Below, in pieces: positions 62,201 through 64,000 of a stretch of 64,000 bases of DNA. A program made the translations under genes and the position numbers. The notes beneath the pieces were generated by a model, which saw only the letters and a list, made by a program, of their open reading frames with translations, searched no databases and was not told the DNA's origin. The stretch is taken from positions 531,121 to 595,120 of the forward strand of contig MU006103.1 of NCBI GenBank assembly GCA_010093705.1, in the 5' to 3' direction. The DNA is from Patellaria atrata CBS 101060. Its lineage: Eukaryota. Position 1 is the first letter of the stretch. The number at the start of each line of letters is the position of its first letter.

Positions 62201-62563
62201 GCGATCCGCGCACCAAGTACGCCGTTTCAGGACATCAATTGCTTGAAATTCGTGCGAGACAGCGAACGGCCTCCTGAAGCGCGACCCCCAACTGATCCCA
62301 GCGTCGAATCGTCCAATGTCCTTTCACACAGCAAGGAGCGTAGATCAATACTTTCATACTATTGTATTTCGTAGCGCGTGCGAAAATATTAAGTAGACTG
62401 TCGCGCATCCGTATTAAGTTCTGTAGGAAAGAGTGGGATTGAGTCTGGTACCTTTCTCACTTCTCACCTCATCTTTATCCCGTCCCTCTAACCCGCAATA
62501 TCATCATATTACGGTTACCCAACTTCGGAATCTCGTCCATGTTCCACCGATAGTCCTATCTCT

Positions 62564-62584
62564 TATATATATATATATATATAT
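62564..62584. repeat. (TA)10 microsatellite
   Basis: Directly visible upstream of the antiporter gene. Confidence 0.9.
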
Positions 62585-62739
62585 TCATTGTAATGACATT
62601 GTAACCTCAGCTGGTCTGATATTTACTGTTAACCGCCTTTGCGGATTTCTTTCTTCTTCTCCAACATAGAACTATACATCTATCATACACATTCTTTACT
62701 TTTCATGTTCTTTGTCCTACTCGTAAGAAAGTCGCGACC

Positions 62740-64000
62740 ATGCCTACTCTTGATGTCAGCGAGCTTAACATTGTCATCGCCGTTCTAGGTACGTATATTT
62801 AGAAAAGTGCTTCCAACAGCTTACTCTAACCAAATAATCCCAGGCGCTTTCATCATTGCATATGGCTTCATCTCAGTGAAGATCAAGCAGGTCTGGTACC
62901 TAGGTGAAGCATGTAAGTTCATCGAGTTACTTGCATACAATTGACTGGACTGAACTATCTCAGTACCTGCCGTTGTTATCGGTATTATCCTAGGACCCAT
63001 ATCAGCAAAATTCCTGGACGCGGAAAAATGGGGCTCAGCAGAAGAAGGACAGCAAGAAGCTATCACTTTGGTAAGTAATCAGGGTAAACTTAACATGACC
63101 TTCTCCTAATAACTCTTCAGGGTCTCTGCCGAATCGTCATCGGCGTTCAACTAGTTATCGCCGGCTTCCAGCTTCCCGCCAAATATCAAAAGGCAAACTG
63201 GAGGGAGATGGCACTTTGTCTGCTCCCAGTCATGACCATCATGTGGATTTGCACCAGCTTATGCGTTTTGATCACCGTCCCCAAGATTTCCTTCCTGGCA
63301 GCTCTTGTCATTGGCTCGTGCGTCACCTGTACAGACCCGATTTTGTCGCAAGCTGTCGCCAAGGGACCTTTTGCAGATAAGTATGTCCCTCGTGCTTTGA
63401 GGGAGATCATCTCCTCTGAAGCCGGCGCAAACGATGGGTTTGGGTTTCCGTTCCTTCTGTAAGTCATCGTCTCTCTCTCTCTTTTATCTTCCGAACATTT
63501 CACCTAACATCTCTTTCGATTGGCCACATACCTCATCCGCCATGCCGAACTGGATCATGTCAAGTTCAAAGAGGGTGCTAGCGAACTAGCCCATCGCGCA
63601 GTCAGCATCCTCAAACGCGAAGAAGGCGTCGGTCGTCTAGGTGGAGGTGTTGCCAAGGCCATGGAACAGTGGATCGTTGAAGGTTGGCTGTATATCATCA
63701 TCATGTCTGTTGCAATCGGTGCAGTAGTCGGATTCGGCAGTATGTACGCGATCAAATTCGCTCTGAGAAAGAAGTGGATCGATTGCGAGAGCTTCCTTCT
63801 CTGGCCCATGGCAGTCGGCGTAAGTCACACAATTCTCGAATACAGCACACATGGGGTCTGACCTTTCCTCACAGCTCTTCCTCATCGGCATCTGCGGTGC
63901 GCTTGGCACAGATGACCTTCTCGCCTGCTTCGTTGCCGGAAACGCCATGAATTGGAACGGTCTGTACCTCGAAGAAGCGGAGAAACGGCACGACGAGGTG
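62740..64000 (+). CDS. Na+(K+)/H+ antiporter, CPA1/Nha1-like (runs off the window end)
   Basis: MPTLDVSELNIV, KQVWYLGEA, GVQLVIAGFQLPAKY, TCTDPILSQAVAKG, ISSEAGANDGFGFPF, GTDDLLACFVAGN; multiple introns. Confidence 0.9.

Noticed and set aside
15700..64000. Starship giant transposon
   Set aside because: The gene content looks like cargo, but no DUF3435 tyrosine recombinase or boundary repeats are visible in the window.

Overview
This is eukaryotic DNA from a filamentous ascomycete (Pezizomycotina), judged from short GT-AG introns with CTRAC branch points and fungal gene families; all calls come from reading the sequence by eye. 1-1321 is the 3' part of a hAT-type transposon region carrying an orphan ORF. 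1408-15636 is a dense block of housekeeping genes: NSA2, a DUF202 protein, a CDF zinc transporter, HEM12, MSH1, an NDUFAF7/MidA methyltransferase and a cysteine synthase-like gene. From about 15.7 kb the DNA looks accessory: decayed genes (CorA-like, phosphotransferase, DDX60-like helicase), a PTH11-like receptor and an intact Fot1/pogo transposon. At 31.4-48.8 kb is a candidate biosynthetic cluster: a C*-A-T-C-A-T-C NRPS whose first A domain lacks the amino-binding Asp, plus a DUF2306 protein, an AhpD/CMD-like protein, an enoyl reductase and an MFS pump. It is followed by a GH127-like hydrolase, a CVNH fusion protein, a small Cys-rich secreted protein, a GliT-like oxidoreductase and a truncated Na+/H+ antiporter. 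The best novelty candidates are the NRPS cluster, the hAT-associated orphan ORF with its CGTACG motif enrichment, a 3-nt micro-exon in NSA2 and an apparent GT-CG intron.
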